DNA of 64,000 nucleotides from an uncultured Ignavibacteria bacterium. Lineage in GTDB: Bacteria; Zixibacteria; MSB-5A5; SM23-73-2. Within the stretch, counting starts at the first letter, position 1; each line of letters starts with the position of its first letter. The stretch spans positions 58-64,057 of the forward strand of contig CAYURP010000004.1 in assembly GCA_964447175.1 (NCBI GenBank). The letters are read 5' to 3'. Shown here one piece after another: positions 33,265-43,907 of the stretch. Below the pieces are notes generated by a model. That model had not been told where the DNA came from and ran no database searches. It saw only the letters and a program-made list of their open reading frames with translations. A program made the position numbers and the translations under genes.

Positions 33265-33816
33265 ATGAAAATCCAGAAAATCAGCTTATTTTTTTTATTG
33301 GTTTTCTCTCTTCTTATAATTGCCTGTGGCCAAAAAGAGGAAAAGAAATCGGAACCCCAGTTGGAGATCAAAGTTAAAACCTCAGAGAAAATAAATTTTG
33401 CATATGTGGAGAATGTTGGATCTTATGCTGAATTGGGTCCGGTTTTTGCGCAGGTCATGCAGTACGCTATGGGTAAAGAAATTACCGGAATGCCCATGGG
33501 AATATTTTATGATGATCCTTCCGTGGTTGCAGAGGAGAGTTTAAGGTGTGAAATCGGAGTGCCTGTGGCAGAGGGTTTCGAACCTGAACCGCCCTTTCAA
33601 GTGAAGGAACTGCCTCCCCAGGAGGTTGCATTTGTGGTTCTCAAGGGTTCCTATGCCGAGATAGCAACAAAATATGACCAGATAATGAAATGGATACAGG
33701 AAAACGGTTATATGATGGTGGGACCGCCCAGAGAAATATATCTCAAGGGCGGTGAGGAGGTGCCCGAATCCGAATACTTAACCGAGATTCAGTTTCCAAT
33801 AGCTAAAGGATATTAA
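33265..33816 (+). CDS. Lipoprotein with a GyrI-like small-molecule-binding domain.
   Basis: The lipobox is LLIIAC. 'FAYVENVGSYAELGPVFAQVMQYAMGKEI...GPPREIYLKG' resembles the GyrI-like effector-binding fold. The RBS is aggagg-7nt-ATG. Confidence 0.55.
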   Translation: MKIQKISLFFLLVFSLLIIACGQKEEKKSEPQLEIKVKTSEKINFAYVENVGSYAELGPVFAQVMQYAMGKEITGMPMGIFYDDPSVVAEESLRCEIGVPVAEGFEPEPPFQVKELPPQEVAFVVLKGSYAEIATKYDQIMKWIQENGYMMVGPPREIYLKGGEEVPESEYLTEIQFPIAKGY

Positions 33817-34356
33817 ATTAGAAATATCTTAAAGAAATCATCTCAAAAAAAAATTAACATCAACAGACAATAAAATGCTCCCTTTTGGATAAACAGGGGG
33901 AGGGGGGGATTTTTTTGTTTTAATTAGCTCTTCAGTTCTCCTACCAATGCCCGGAACTTAAGAATGGTAAGAGGTGTTAGGCGGTTATGTGTTTGTTACT
34001 ATTCACCTTAAGACAAAAAGCTTCGTTTTTTTGGAGATAAAAAGTTTTCAGCTATTTATGATTTAGTATCGTAAATAGACAAAGGAGTTGATTTCTGGGT
34101 TTTATCTAAACCAAATAAAATTTAAACTTTTTTATGCCCCTTATCAAGGAAGTGAGGAAATTCAGAGGGGTAAAAAGGCTTTATGGGTTCTTTATTTAAA
34201 AGGAGATCAGTTATAATCAAAAGGATCCAATTTCTGGCGGGAATTTACTTGTTCAGATTTAAAATTGAAGTTAAAGGGCGGTCAAAGTTTGACGATATGA
34301 TTAAAGAAAACGTTTTGAAGTGTTGGAATTTACAATAATCATAACAGGAGGGTAAG

Positions 34357-34653
34357 ATGGTTCAGATCAGCCCTAAAACCAAAAAGGTTGATTTCACCTT
34401 TTCCGGGGTGGAGGCCAATAAGGTTTTCGTAGTTGGCGACTTCAACAAATGGAACAGAACCAAACACCGGATGAAAAGAGAAAGGAGCAACTGGAAGCTT
34501 TCAGTAGAGCTCCCTGCCGGTGAGTATAAGTTTAAGTATCTGGCGGACGGAAACTGGTTTAACGATCCCGCTGCCCATAAATATGTGGAAAATCCTTATG
34601 GCGGTGAGGACTCGGTAGTTGTCGTTCCCGGTACCAGAAGCGGCAGGAAATAA
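34357..34653 (+). CDS. CBM48/glycogen-binding (AMPK-beta/isoamylase-N-like) domain protein.
   Basis: 'VDFTFSGVEANKVFVVGDFNKWNRTKHRMKRERSNWKLSVELPAGEYKFKYLADGNWFNDP' matches the typical CBM48 / E-set pattern. Confidence 0.65.
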   Translation: MVQISPKTKKVDFTFSGVEANKVFVVGDFNKWNRTKHRMKRERSNWKLSVELPAGEYKFKYLADGNWFNDPAAHKYVENPYGGEDSVVVVPGTRSGRK

Positions 34654-34699
34654 AGGAATCTGTCAAAAAATATTTTGATCCTGCAGGATTCTCACTATG

Positions 34700-34744
34700 G
34701 AAGGATAATTTCTTGAATTAATGAAATTATCCTTCTTTTTATTT
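34700..34744 (+). terminator. Rho-independent terminator.
   Basis: It has a perfect 12-bp stem GAAGGATAATTT/AAATTATCCTTC with loop cttgaattaatg, followed by tttttatttcc. Confidence 0.7.
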
Positions 34745-34926
34745 CCATACTTTTTCAATTATGTTGAGTAAATGACGAGATTTGAGAACAAATTGTAAGC
34801 TTTGTATTCGTACAGTAAAAATCCAGGCATCAACCTTTCTTATATTTGCAGAAGGAATATGCTATTTCAAAGAAATGGTTGACAATTATAAGAACTTGTT
34901 TATAATTATAATTTAGGTTTGAAGTT

Positions 34927-35805
34927 ATGATCGCAAGCATGACAGGTTTTGGCAAAGCCGAGCTATTAAAAGACGATGTCAAAACGGCAGTGGAGATATC
35001 CTCGGTTAACAACCGCTTCTGTGAGATCCAATTAAGATTGCCCAAATTCTTAACCTCACTTGAACCCCGGATCAAGGAGATGATTCTAAAGACCATGTCC
35101 CGGGGTAAGATCAACTATACCCTTTCCTGGGAGGAGGGCTTGCCTAACTCCAGCTTTGTTAAATTGAACCGTGAGGTGGCAGATGTGTATTACAATCTTT
35201 TCAAGGAGTTAAAAGATAAATACCATCTCTCAGGTGAGATCAAGATTGATAACTTTATAAATCTACCCGATTTGATGAAGGTGGAAAGGGAGGAATACGA
35301 TCTGGAAAAGGCGTGGAAGATTGTAAAAGAGGTAACCCGGATGGCTCTAAATGAATTCAATGACATAAGAAAAAATGAGGGTGAACGGCTGGCTCAGGAT
35401 CTGAAATCCCGGATATCTGAAGTGGAGGAGACTGTTGGCGAGATTGAGAAACTTTCTGTTTTGAATGTTGAGCAATATCGAAAAAAGTTAAAGAATAAAA
35501 TCTCCGAGCTGCTTCAAGGACAGGAGCTGGACGAGCTAAGGTTAGCTCAGGAGGTAACTTTTTTGGCGGAACGCTGTGATGTAACGGAGGAATGCATCAG
35601 GCTCCGATCCCACAATCAGCAGTTCGTCTCCGCATTGGAGGAGGGTGTTCCTGTGGGGAAAAGATTAACCTTTCTTTTACAGGAAATGAACCGGGAAGCC
35701 AATACCATCGGGGCAAAAGCCAGCCATGCTGAGATCTCAAAAAAAGTTATCTTTCTAAAGGAGGAAGCAGAAAAACTCAGGGAACAGGTTCAAAATATAG
35801 AGTGA
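34927..35805 (+). CDS. yicC: YicC-family stress-induced protein (YicC_N/DUF1732).
   Basis: 'MTGFGKAELLKDDVKTAVEISSVNNRFCEIQLRLPK' matches YicC. The yicC-gmk-rpoZ arrangement is conserved. Confidence 0.9.
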   Translation: MIASMTGFGKAELLKDDVKTAVEISSVNNRFCEIQLRLPKFLTSLEPRIKEMILKTMSRGKINYTLSWEEGLPNSSFVKLNREVADVYYNLFKELKDKYHLSGEIKIDNFINLPDLMKVEREEYDLEKAWKIVKEVTRMALNEFNDIRKNEGERLAQDLKSRISEVEETVGEIEKLSVLNVEQYRKKLKNKISELLQGQELDELRLAQEVTFLAERCDVTEECIRLRSHNQQFVSALEEGVPVGKRLTFLLQEMNREANTIGAKASHAEISKKVIFLKEEAEKLREQVQNIE

Positions 35806-35976
35806 GAGCTCAACATACTTTTACATCTTCAATAGTAATTAACCATTTAAAACAAGAAATAATTTTCCATCATCATTAATATTTTTCCTGTAGTATGATT
35901 TAAAGATGAGGTGAAAATTTAAACTGACATATTTTAAATTAAAAAATTTTTCTTTGATTTATTAAAAGGAATAAAA

Positions 35977-36588
35977 TTGGGTAAGCCAGCTCTTTTGTTT
36001 GTGATTTCCTCTCCATCCGGAACAGGTAAGACCACCATAGCAAAAAAACTTTTGTCCAGACATCCTGAGTTTATGAAATCCATTTCATTTACTACCAGAG
36101 AAAAAAGGAAGGGTGAACGGGAGGGCAAAGATTACTCATTTATAAGTGAAGCTGAGTTTTTGAAAAAGATCAAAAAGAAGGAGCTGATTGAGTGGGCTCA
36201 GGTTTACGGCAGCTACTATGGGACGCCAAAGAAATTCGTGAGAAAGGCCCTGAAGGAGAAAAAGGTTTTACTTTTGGTTTTGGATGTGAGGGGAGGATTA
36301 GAGATCAAACGAAAATATCCGCAGAGCGTATTGGTTTTTGTGCTACCCCCCACTTTCACAGAATTGAAGAGAAGGATGAGGAAGAGAGGTGCGGAAGCCA
36401 AAAGTCAGCAAGATCTCAGATTGAATGCCGCATTAAAGGAAATCAGATTCCTGTCGAACTACGATTATGTCGTGGTAAACAGTGATTTAAACGAGAGCGT
36501 GAAACTAATCCAAAGCATCATCTTAACCGAGCTTCATAAAGCATCCAGATTCAATTTGAAAAAATGGAAAAAAATCACTAAGATATAG
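35977..36588 (+). CDS. gmk: Guanylate kinase.
   Basis: 'LFVISSPSGTGKTTIAKKL...FTTREKRKGEREGKDYSFIS' matches Gmk. It has a probable TTG start. Confidence 0.9.
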   Translation: MGKPALLFVISSPSGTGKTTIAKKLLSRHPEFMKSISFTTREKRKGEREGKDYSFISEAEFLKKIKKKELIEWAQVYGSYYGTPKKFVRKALKEKKVLLLVLDVRGGLEIKRKYPQSVLVFVLPPTFTELKRRMRKRGAEAKSQQDLRLNAALKEIRFLSNYDYVVVNSDLNESVKLIQSIILTELHKASRFNLKKWKKITKI

Positions 36589-36600
36589 AGGAATTAAAAA

Positions 36601-36825
36601 ATGAGCTTTAAGTCCTTGGATAAGTTGGAGGATCTAACGGGTAATCGATATGCTGCAGTTTTGATCGCAGCTAAAAGAGCCCGTAAAATAAACGAGAAAA
36701 GATTAAAGGAACAGGAACAGCTGGTCGAAGAGGAGAAAGTGGAAAAACCTGGTGACAAGGTTACCATTGAAGCATTAGATGAACTTCTCCAAGGAAAGAT
36801 AAAATTCGAATATCCCAAGAAATAG
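36601..36825 (+). CDS. rpoZ: DNA-directed RNA polymerase subunit omega.
   Basis: 'LDKLEDLTGNRYAAVLIAAKRARKINE' matches RpoZ. Confidence 0.85.
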   Translation: MSFKSLDKLEDLTGNRYAAVLIAAKRARKINEKRLKEQEQLVEEEKVEKPGDKVTIEALDELLQGKIKFEYPKK

Positions 36826-36859
36826 ATAAATTACTTTAAACTTTAATCCGGTATATTAT

Positions 36860-39130
36860 TTGTCAATGGTGGCGGGTATGAATTTAGTCATAGTGGAGTC
36901 TCCTACCAAAACTAAAACTCTGAAAAAATTTTTGGGTCAGGGCTGGGAGGTGGATGCCTCCAAAGGGCACATAAAGGATCTTCCCCAGAGGAAACTGGGA
37001 GTGAAGGTGGAGGATGATTTCGATCCGGAGTATGTAATTATAAAAGGGAAGAAGGGAATCATTCAAAGTCTCAAGAAATCGGCAAAGAAGGCTTCCAAGG
37101 TATATCTGGCACCTGATCCGGACCGGGAAGGCGAAGCCATTGCCTGGCACATCTCCCAGGAAATAGGGAAAATCAATCCTGAGGTTTACCGGGCCTCGTT
37201 TAACGAGATCACAAAACAAGCGGTGATGAACGGGATCAGGGATGCAGGCCCGATTGACCTGAACAAAGTCCAGGCACAGCAGGCTCGAAGAATCATGGAC
37301 CGATTGGTGGGTTACAAGGTGAGTCCGCTTTTATGGAAAACCATTTACCGGGGATTGAGTGCGGGAAGGGTACAATCTGTAGCCTTGCGTCTTGTCTGCG
37401 AGAGGGAACGGGAGATTAAAGAATTTGATCCTCAAGAATACTGGTCCATAATAGCTCTTCTGGAAACCCCAAAAAAAGAAAATTTCACAGCTAAATTATT
37501 TAAGGTGGACCAGAAACAGATTGAAATAATAACTCAAGATGAGGCTTCAGCTTTAGTTAAAGATATCCAGGGGAAAAAATTTCAGGTTATAGAGGTAAAA
37601 ACTCAAAGAAGAAGGAAAAGCCCTTACCCCCCCTATATTACCAGCACCCTGCAGCAAGATGCAGCCAGAAGACTTTATTTCCCTTCTCGAAAAACCATGA
37701 TGATTGCCCAGCAGCTGTATGAGGGAGTGGAGTTAGGAGAAAAAGGGAGCGTGGGTTTGATAACCTATATGAGAACCGACTCGGTAAGAGTGGCAGACAC
37801 TGCCATGGCAAAAGCCAAGGGTTTTATCCAAGAAGCTTATGGTGAAAATTATCTCCCTTCCAAACCCAGGAGATTCAAATCTCCAAAAGCTGCCCAGGAA
37901 GCTCACGAAGCCATTCGTCCCACCTCCCTGGAATATGCCCCGGAGAAAATAGAAAAATACCTTTCCAGGGATCAATCCAGACTGTATCAGCTTATCTGGT
38001 CTCGTTTTCTTGCATCCCAGATGAGCGATGCCCTGTATGATCTCACCTCGGTGGATATTCAGGCTGATAGGTATCTTTTCAGGGCGTCCAGCTCGGTTTT
38101 AGCTTTTGATGGTTTCCAGAAAGTCTATATGGATGTAAAGGAAAACGGTCCGGAGGAGGAAAAAGTAACTTTACCTCAACTTCAGGAGGGGGAAAAACTT
38201 CATCTTTTAAAATTAACCCCGGAGCAGCACTTCACCAAGCCGCCTCCCAGGTTCACCGAAGCCAGCTTAATAAAGGAGCTTGAGTCCAAGGGGATCGGGC
38301 GTCCCTCAACCTATGCCCAGATAGTATATACTATCAAAGAGAGAAAATATGTCTCAACCGAAAAGAGAAAGATTTATCCCACAGATCTGGGAGAGATGGT
38401 CAATAAGATCCTGGTGGAGAAGTTCCCTAAGATTTTCAACGTTAACTTCACTGCTGATATGGAGGCAGAACTGGATAAAATCGCTGAGGGAGAACATAAC
38501 TGGATTAAGGTATTAAGGGATTTTTACACCCCGTTCAGCGCTACCCTGGAAAAGGTGGAAAAAGAGAAATCCGAGATAAAGAAACAAATAGAGGAAAAAA
38601 CAGATGTGATGTGTGAAAAATGCGGGAGCCCCATGGTTATAAAATGGGGCAGAAATGGCAAATTTTTAGCTTGCTCCGCTTATCCTGAGTGCAAAAACAC
38701 CAAGCCTTTAAACTCCAAGGAGGACGAGGCTTTGGTACAGGGGGAAAAATGTGAGATCTGCGGCGCTCCCATGATTTTGAAAACCGGGAGGTTCGGCAAG
38801 TTTTTAGCCTGTTCCCGTTTTCCGGAATGCAAAAGCACCAAGCCCTTTTCATTGAAAATAAAATGCCCTAAAGAGGGATGTGGAGGGGAGATAGTCGAGA
38901 AAAAAACAAAAAAGGGCAGGTTTTTTTATGGATGTTCCAATTACCCCAAATGTGATTTTGCCAGTTGGTACAAACCAGTTGCGCAAAGATGCCCCAAGTG
39001 CGGGGCTGATTTTTTAGTGCTCAAAAAAACTAAAGCTCAAGACGAAATCCTTCAATGCCTTAAGTGTAAATACGAGAAAGCTTTTGAGACTCCAGCCCCC
39101 GAGTTAACTGAAAAAGATGCAGAAGCTTGA
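36860..39130 (+). CDS. topA: DNA topoisomerase I with C-terminal zinc-ribbon repeats.
   Basis: 'LVIVESPTKTKTLKKFLGQGWEVDASKGHIKDLP' is the Toprim domain. The C-terminus has three C4 ribbons (CEKCGSPM...C, CEICGAPM...C, CPKEGCGG...C). The start is TTG at 36860 or ATG at 36878. Confidence 0.95.
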   Translation: MSMVAGMNLVIVESPTKTKTLKKFLGQGWEVDASKGHIKDLPQRKLGVKVEDDFDPEYVIIKGKKGIIQSLKKSAKKASKVYLAPDPDREGEAIAWHISQEIGKINPEVYRASFNEITKQAVMNGIRDAGPIDLNKVQAQQARRIMDRLVGYKVSPLLWKTIYRGLSAGRVQSVALRLVCEREREIKEFDPQEYWSIIALLETPKKENFTAKLFKVDQKQIEIITQDEASALVKDIQGKKFQVIEVKTQRRRKSPYPPYITSTLQQDAARRLYFPSRKTMMIAQQLYEGVELGEKGSVGLITYMRTDSVRVADTAMAKAKGFIQEAYGENYLPSKPRRFKSPKAAQEAHEAIRPTSLEYAPEKIEKYLSRDQSRLYQLIWSRFLASQMSDALYDLTSVDIQADRYLFRASSSVLAFDGFQKVYMDVKENGPEEEKVTLPQLQEGEKLHLLKLTPEQHFTKPPPRFTEASLIKELESKGIGRPSTYAQIVYTIKERKYVSTEKRKIYPTDLGEMVNKILVEKFPKIFNVNFTADMEAELDKIAEGEHNWIKVLRDFYTPFSATLEKVEKEKSEIKKQIEEKTDVMCEKCGSPMVIKWGRNGKFLACSAYPECKNTKPLNSKEDEALVQGEKCEICGAPMILKTGRFGKFLACSRFPECKSTKPFSLKIKCPKEGCGGEIVEKKTKKGRFFYGCSNYPKCDFASWYKPVAQRCPKCGADFLVLKKTKAQDEILQCLKCKYEKAFETPAPELTEKDAEA

Positions 39131-40097
39131 GACCCAAATCAAGAGATTTATATTCCACCTTAAAACTGAGAAAAACTGTTCCACTCATACTTTGATCTCG
39201 TATCACAATGATCTCATTGATCTTTTTGAATATCTAAGCATTGTAAAAGAACTTAAACACATTGATCCTTCTAAGATAAAGAGAAATGAATTAAGAAGCT
39301 TCCTTGTTTATATGAAGCAAAAAGGATTATCTAATAGAAGTATTATACGTAAAATATCAGCCATAAGGTCTTTTTATAGGTTTCTATTTAGAGAGGGGAA
39401 AATCAAATCTGATCCATCTTCTTATATATTGACTCCCAAAGTGAAAAAAATGCTGCCCGAGGTTTTGACATCTGGTGAGATGGAAAATGTCTTTAATTTA
39501 CCATATTTTAAAGACCCCCAACTCTTAGAAAGAAGGAAGCTTTGGCTTCTTCGTGATTTGGCGATTCTTGAGGTATTCTATAGCACTGGAATGAGACTGG
39601 ATGAGCTGACTCAGCTGGATGTTTCCTCTTTTGATTTTAATGGAGAGACTGTCCGGGTTCTGGGTAAAGGGAAAAAAGAGAGAGTGATCCCTGTGGGCCG
39701 AAAGGCATTGAAAGCTTTGAGAATCTACCTTGATGAAAGAAAAAGGCTTTCTTTTTTAGAGAACCAGGCGGTTTTCATCAATAAGTTTAAAAAAAGACTA
39801 TCCTCCAGAAGTATCTCCCGAATAGTCAAGAAATATCTGTCTAAAATCACCGAGAAAAAAAAGATTTCTCCCCATATTATCAGGCATAGCTTTGCCACCC
39901 ATCTTCTGGATGCTGGAGCTGATCTTATGGCAGTAAAGGAGCTTTTGGGCCACAAAAAACTCTCCACCACCCAGATTTATACTCACGTAACAATGGATAG
40001 ATTGAAAAAGGTTTACAGACAGGCTCATCCGAGAGCAGAGAAGGAAATCTCAGTTAGAATGCAAGGGAAACAAAAATTTTCTGGAGCGAAAAGATGA
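39117..40097 (+). CDS. xerC: Tyrosine recombinase XerC/CodV.
   Basis: '[36 protein letters not shown]' is the catalytic R-H-R-Y region. The topA-xerC-hslV-hslU order is the same as B. subtilis topA...codV-clpQ-clpY. Confidence 0.9.
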   Translation: MQKLETQIKRFIFHLKTEKNCSTHTLISYHNDLIDLFEYLSIVKELKHIDPSKIKRNELRSFLVYMKQKGLSNRSIIRKISAIRSFYRFLFREGKIKSDPSSYILTPKVKKMLPEVLTSGEMENVFNLPYFKDPQLLERRKLWLLRDLAILEVFYSTGMRLDELTQLDVSSFDFNGETVRVLGKGKKERVIPVGRKALKALRIYLDERKRLSFLENQAVFINKFKKRLSSRSISRIVKKYLSKITEKKKISPHIIRHSFATHLLDAGADLMAVKELLGHKKLSTTQIYTHVTMDRLKKVYRQAHPRAEKEISVRMQGKQKFSGAKR

Positions 40098-40618
40098 AAT
40101 CCACTACCATTATCGGGGTAAGACATAAAGGCAAGGTAGCCATTGGTGGGGATGGGCAGGTGAGTTTTGAGAATACCATATTGAAACATAATGCCAATAA
40201 GTTGCGTAAGTTATTCAACAACAAAATATTGGCTGGTTTCGCTGGTGCCACAGCCGATGCCTTCACCCTTTTTGAAAGATTTGAATCTAAAATCGAGAAA
40301 TACCACGGTAACCTCCCGCGAGCAGCTGTGGAGTTGGCTAAAGATTGGAGAACCGACAAATATCTCAGAAGACTTGAAGCTCTTTTGGCTGTGCTGGATA
40401 AAGAATACGCCCTGATCATCTCCGGAAATGGGGATGTGATCGAAAAGGATGATGGGATAGTAGCTATTGGATCCGGGGGACCCTATGCTCTGGCTGCTGC
40501 CCGAGCCTTGAAGGAGTTCTCCGATCTGGATGCCAAAGGGATCGTTAAAAAATCCCTGGAGATCGCTGCATCTATCTGTGTTTATACTAATCAGAACTTT
40601 TTTATAGAGGAACTTTGA
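40094..40618 (+). CDS. hslV: ATP-dependent protease subunit HslV.
   Basis: '[22 protein letters not shown]...[19 protein letters not shown]' matches HslV. The N-terminal Thr follows Met. Confidence 0.95.
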   Translation: MKSTTIIGVRHKGKVAIGGDGQVSFENTILKHNANKLRKLFNNKILAGFAGATADAFTLFERFESKIEKYHGNLPRAAVELAKDWRTDKYLRRLEALLAVLDKEYALIISGNGDVIEKDDGIVAIGSGGPYALAAARALKEFSDLDAKGIVKKSLEIAASICVYTNQNFFIEEL

Positions 40619-40643
40619 TCCCAACCCGGAACAGGAGAAGCAA

Positions 40644-42008
40644 ATGAAGGAACTTACTCCTCAGCAAATAGTAGCTGAACTGGACAAATATATCATCGGC
40701 CAGGACAAAGCCAAAAAATCTGTAGCCATAGCCCTGAGAAACAGATGGAGACGTCAGCAGGTAAAAGGGGATTTAAAAGACGAGATACTGCCCAACAACA
40801 TCGTTATGATAGGACCCACCGGAGTAGGTAAAACCGAAATCGCACGGAGATTGGCTAATCTGGCCAATGCTCCATTTATTAAGGTAGAAGCCTCAAAATA
40901 TACTGAGGTGGGCTATGTGGGAAGAGACGTTGAATCCATGGTCAGAGACCTGACCGATCTGTCTGTGAGTATGGTCAAAAGGGAAAAGGCTGATCAGGTC
41001 AGCAAGAAGGCTGAGTTTTTAGCTGAGGAAAGGATTCTGGATTTGCTTCTGCCTCTCCCGCCTAAAAGGAAACAGGCGAATCACTCCAATTTGTCCTCGG
41101 ATATTGAGGAGAATATGGAAAATAAAAGGGAAAGGACAAGAGAAAAACTCAGGGCACAACTGCACCAGGGAAAACTGGGCAACCGTTATGTGGAGGTTCA
41201 GAGAAAAGATGAAAGGTTTCCCATTATCGAGGTTTTTTCCCCTCAGGGAATTGAGGAGCTGGGGATCAACTTCCAGGAGATGTTTTCGGGAATGATGCCC
41301 AAAAAGACCAAAAGAAGAAAGGTGACAGTGGATGAAGCTAAAAGGATTTTGACACAGGAGGAGATCTCCAGGCTCATCGACATAGATGAGGTGATCACTG
41401 AAGCCATCAACCGGGTGGAAAACTCGGGGATAATTTTTGTGGATGAGATAGACAAAATCGCCGGGGAGAAAGCTAAAGAAGGACCGGATGTGTCCCGGGA
41501 AGGAGTTCAGCGTGATCTTTTGCCCATTGTTGAGGGAACATCGGTGATGACCAAATATGGCATGGTTAAAACCGATCATGTCCTTTTCATAGCAGCGGGT
41601 GCATTTCATTCCTCCAAACCGTCCGATTTAATACCCGAGATGCAGGGAAGGTTTCCGATCAGGGTGGAATTAAATAGTTTAACTACGAAAGACTTCATAA
41701 GGATTTTGACTGAACCTAAGAATGCACTGATAAAACAATATACAGCACTTTTAGCCACAGAGGGCGTGGAGATCAGTTTCACTTCCGATGCTATCGACGA
41801 AATAGCCAGAACCGCCAATCTGGTTAACGATAGAATGGAGAATATCGGCGCCAGAAGACTGCACACCATAATGACCACCTTGCTGGAGGACGTAATGTTC
41901 AGAATCCCCGATCTGGATTCAAAAAAGATACGGGTCACCAAGAAAATGGTAATAGATACCCTGCAGAGTATCGTAAAAGACGAGGACTTGAGCAGGTACA
42001 TTCTGTAG
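40644..42008 (+). CDS. hslU: ATP-dependent protease ATPase subunit HslU.
   Basis: '[34 protein letters not shown]...[19 protein letters not shown]' matches HslU. Confidence 0.95.
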   Translation: MKELTPQQIVAELDKYIIGQDKAKKSVAIALRNRWRRQQVKGDLKDEILPNNIVMIGPTGVGKTEIARRLANLANAPFIKVEASKYTEVGYVGRDVESMVRDLTDLSVSMVKREKADQVSKKAEFLAEERILDLLLPLPPKRKQANHSNLSSDIEENMENKRERTREKLRAQLHQGKLGNRYVEVQRKDERFPIIEVFSPQGIEELGINFQEMFSGMMPKKTKRRKVTVDEAKRILTQEEISRLIDIDEVITEAINRVENSGIIFVDEIDKIAGEKAKEGPDVSREGVQRDLLPIVEGTSVMTKYGMVKTDHVLFIAAGAFHSSKPSDLIPEMQGRFPIRVELNSLTTKDFIRILTEPKNALIKQYTALLATEGVEISFTSDAIDEIARTANLVNDRMENIGARRLHTIMTTLLEDVMFRIPDLDSKKIRVTKKMVIDTLQSIVKDEDLSRYIL

Positions 42009-42042
42009 AGTTGAGAGTTAAAAGTGAAGAGTAGAGAGTTTA

Positions 42043-42072
42043 AGCGGAGTCCTTAAGGACTCCGCTTTTTTG
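42043..42072 (+). terminator. Rho-independent terminator after hslU.
   Basis: It has a perfect 10-bp stem AGCGGAGTCC/GGACTCCGCT with loop ttaa, followed by TTTTTTG. Confidence 0.75.
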
Positions 42073-42134
42073 TTTGACTTAAGGAGAAAAAAATTTAAAT
42101 TGCAGAAAAGATGAAAAGCTATAAAGCAATATTC

Positions 42135-42301
42135 GGGTCGGGAGACCCGAAACTACCCGCATCCTTTGCACCGGATAAAGGCAGGTCATCAGAATCTCCA
42201 TCGAGTAGCGGTAAGTTTTCTGAACGGTCAACTCAACCGGGTAGAAGTAGGTCTTTTGAAACGCCATCTCCTCCGGGTAGGGGCAGGTCTCCTGACCTGC
42301 C
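42135..42301. repeat. Family-2 repeat, rearranged copy. A B-half (GGGTCGGGAGACCCGAAACTACCCG) and an A-half (GGGTAGGGGCAGGTCTCCTGACCTGCC) lie in swapped order ~115 bp apart, with degraded A-like fragments between them.
   Basis: Compared directly with the copies at 24.3 and 50.8 kb. The inner fragment 'CCGGGTAGAAGTAGGTCTTTTGAAACGCC' resembles a decayed A-half. Confidence 0.55.
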
Positions 42302-42322
42302 TAAAAAAAGAAAGGAGCAAAA

Positions 42323-43228
42323 ATGCCCAAGGATTTTTTGACCATAACTGATTTTAATAAAGATGAAATAGCTCAGTTATTTAAACTGGCAAAGGATTTA
42401 AAGGGAAAAAAGATTAAACCCCAGCCCCTCACAGGGAAAACTGTTGCCTGCATATTTCATAAGCCCTCCCTGAGAACAAGGATCAGCTTTGAGACGGGCA
42501 TCGGAGAGTTAGGTGGAAAATCTTTGTATATCACCGAAAAGGAGATAGAGCTGGGCAAAAGGGAGTCCATTTACGATGCGGCTAAGGTTATATCCAGGTA
42601 TGTGGGGATGATCGTAATTCGAACCTTCAGCCACCAGGACGTGGAGAAGCTGGCACAGCATGCGGACGTTCCGGTGATAAATGCGCTAACGGATCTGCTT
42701 CACCCCTGTCAGGTAATGGGGGATATGTTCTCCATTGTGGAGAAAAAGGGTAAAATGGATGGTTTAACCGTAACCTATCTGGGTGATGGGAACAACGTGT
42801 GTAATTCCTGGCTCAATGCCTGCACCAGGTTTCCCTTCAACCTCAAGATAGGCACATCCAGAAAAACAGAACCTGATAAGAAAATACTGGAAAACGCAAA
42901 GAAGGTGGGTTTGAGCAAAATCACTTTGACCTATGATCCAAAGGAAGCAGTAAAGGATGCGGACGTGGTCTATACCGATGTCTGGGCATCTATGGGACAA
43001 AAAGACTTGGCAGAACAAAAGGCTAAGCTCCTGAAAGATTTTCAGGTGAATACAAAACTTCTGTCCCTTGCTAAAAAGGACTGCCTGGTGATGCACTGTT
43101 TGCCTGCCAACCGGGGTGAGGAGATAACTGATGAGGTTATGGACGGATCCAATTCAATTGTCTTCGATCAGGCAGAGAACAGGCTCCATATCCAGAAAGC
43201 AATAATGGCGAAATTGCTTTCAGGATAA
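42323..43228 (+). CDS. argF: Ornithine carbamoyltransferase.
   Basis: The carbamoyl-phosphate-binding motif is 'SLRTRISFE'. The ornithine-binding motifs are 'HPCQ' and 'HCLPANRGEE'. Confidence 0.9.
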   Translation: MPKDFLTITDFNKDEIAQLFKLAKDLKGKKIKPQPLTGKTVACIFHKPSLRTRISFETGIGELGGKSLYITEKEIELGKRESIYDAAKVISRYVGMIVIRTFSHQDVEKLAQHADVPVINALTDLLHPCQVMGDMFSIVEKKGKMDGLTVTYLGDGNNVCNSWLNACTRFPFNLKIGTSRKTEPDKKILENAKKVGLSKITLTYDPKEAVKDADVVYTDVWASMGQKDLAEQKAKLLKDFQVNTKLLSLAKKDCLVMHCLPANRGEEITDEVMDGSNSIVFDQAENRLHIQKAIMAKLLSG

Positions 43229-43249
43229 TAAACTCTTTGGGAGAGGAAA

Positions 43250-43684
43250 ATGAAGCTCATAAAAAGATATAGCAACTGCTTTGTCTGCGGCGATAAAAAC
43301 AAATGCGGCTTGAAGGTGGATTTCTTTGATGAACAGGGTGTGGCAAAAGCTGAGTATCAAGCCTCGTCTGTTTTCGAGGGCTATAAAGACGTCCTCCACG
43401 GTGGCATAATCTCAGCCCTTTTGGATGAGGTGATGATAAAGGCAGTTTTGGCTAAAGATATTCTTGCGGTTACAGGCTCAATTGAGGTCAAATTCAAACA
43501 GCCGGTTAAAATAGGGGAGAAACTGTCACTTGAAGGAAAGATCATAGAGCATAAAGGAAGAGTTATCACCACCGAGGGAAAAGCCCTTAAGGAAGACAAA
43601 AGTGTAGCAGCTTTGGGCTTTGCCAGATACGTCAAAGCCGACGATAGGATGAAGCTTCTCCTGCAGGAAAGCCTGGAAAGCTGA
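43250..43684 (+). CDS. Hotdog-fold acyl-CoA thioesterase (PaaI/YbgC-like).
   Basis: The 144-aa sequence has 'HGGIISALLDEVMIKAV' typical of the 4HBT/hotdog thioesterase core. Confidence 0.65.
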   Translation: MKLIKRYSNCFVCGDKNKCGLKVDFFDEQGVAKAEYQASSVFEGYKDVLHGGIISALLDEVMIKAVLAKDILAVTGSIEVKFKQPVKIGEKLSLEGKIIEHKGRVITTEGKALKEDKSVAALGFARYVKADDRMKLLLQESLES

Positions 43685-43907
43685 TCCAAATTTATCTCTT
43701 TATAATCTAACCCTGCAATAAATGTGAATCCTGTTGCAGGGATAATGCCCGCTAATCCTTACATCACTTTTTCCCGTCTCAATACCCTTTTCCTTAATCT
43801 CCTTAAACGCAATTAATTACATCACACACCATCTTTATCCATCGGTTCCTTTATCATCCGGGACACTGGCATATCAATTGCTTTTTATCGGGGTGGAGGG
43901 AAAAGCC

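Noticed and set aside
39117-40097. Considered whether the tyrosine recombinase marks a mobile element or prophage boundary.
   Set aside because: It sits in the conserved topA-xerC(codV)-hslV-hslU housekeeping arrangement with no flanking phage genes, direct repeats or tRNA. It is a chromosomal dimer-resolution Xer recombinase.
42111-42341. A 76-aa ORF (plus the overlapping 42166-42351 ORF) sits between hslU and argF.
   Set aside because: It lies entirely over the decayed Family-2 repeat copy. It is a low-complexity S/P/R-rich translation with no RBS, so it is most likely spurious.
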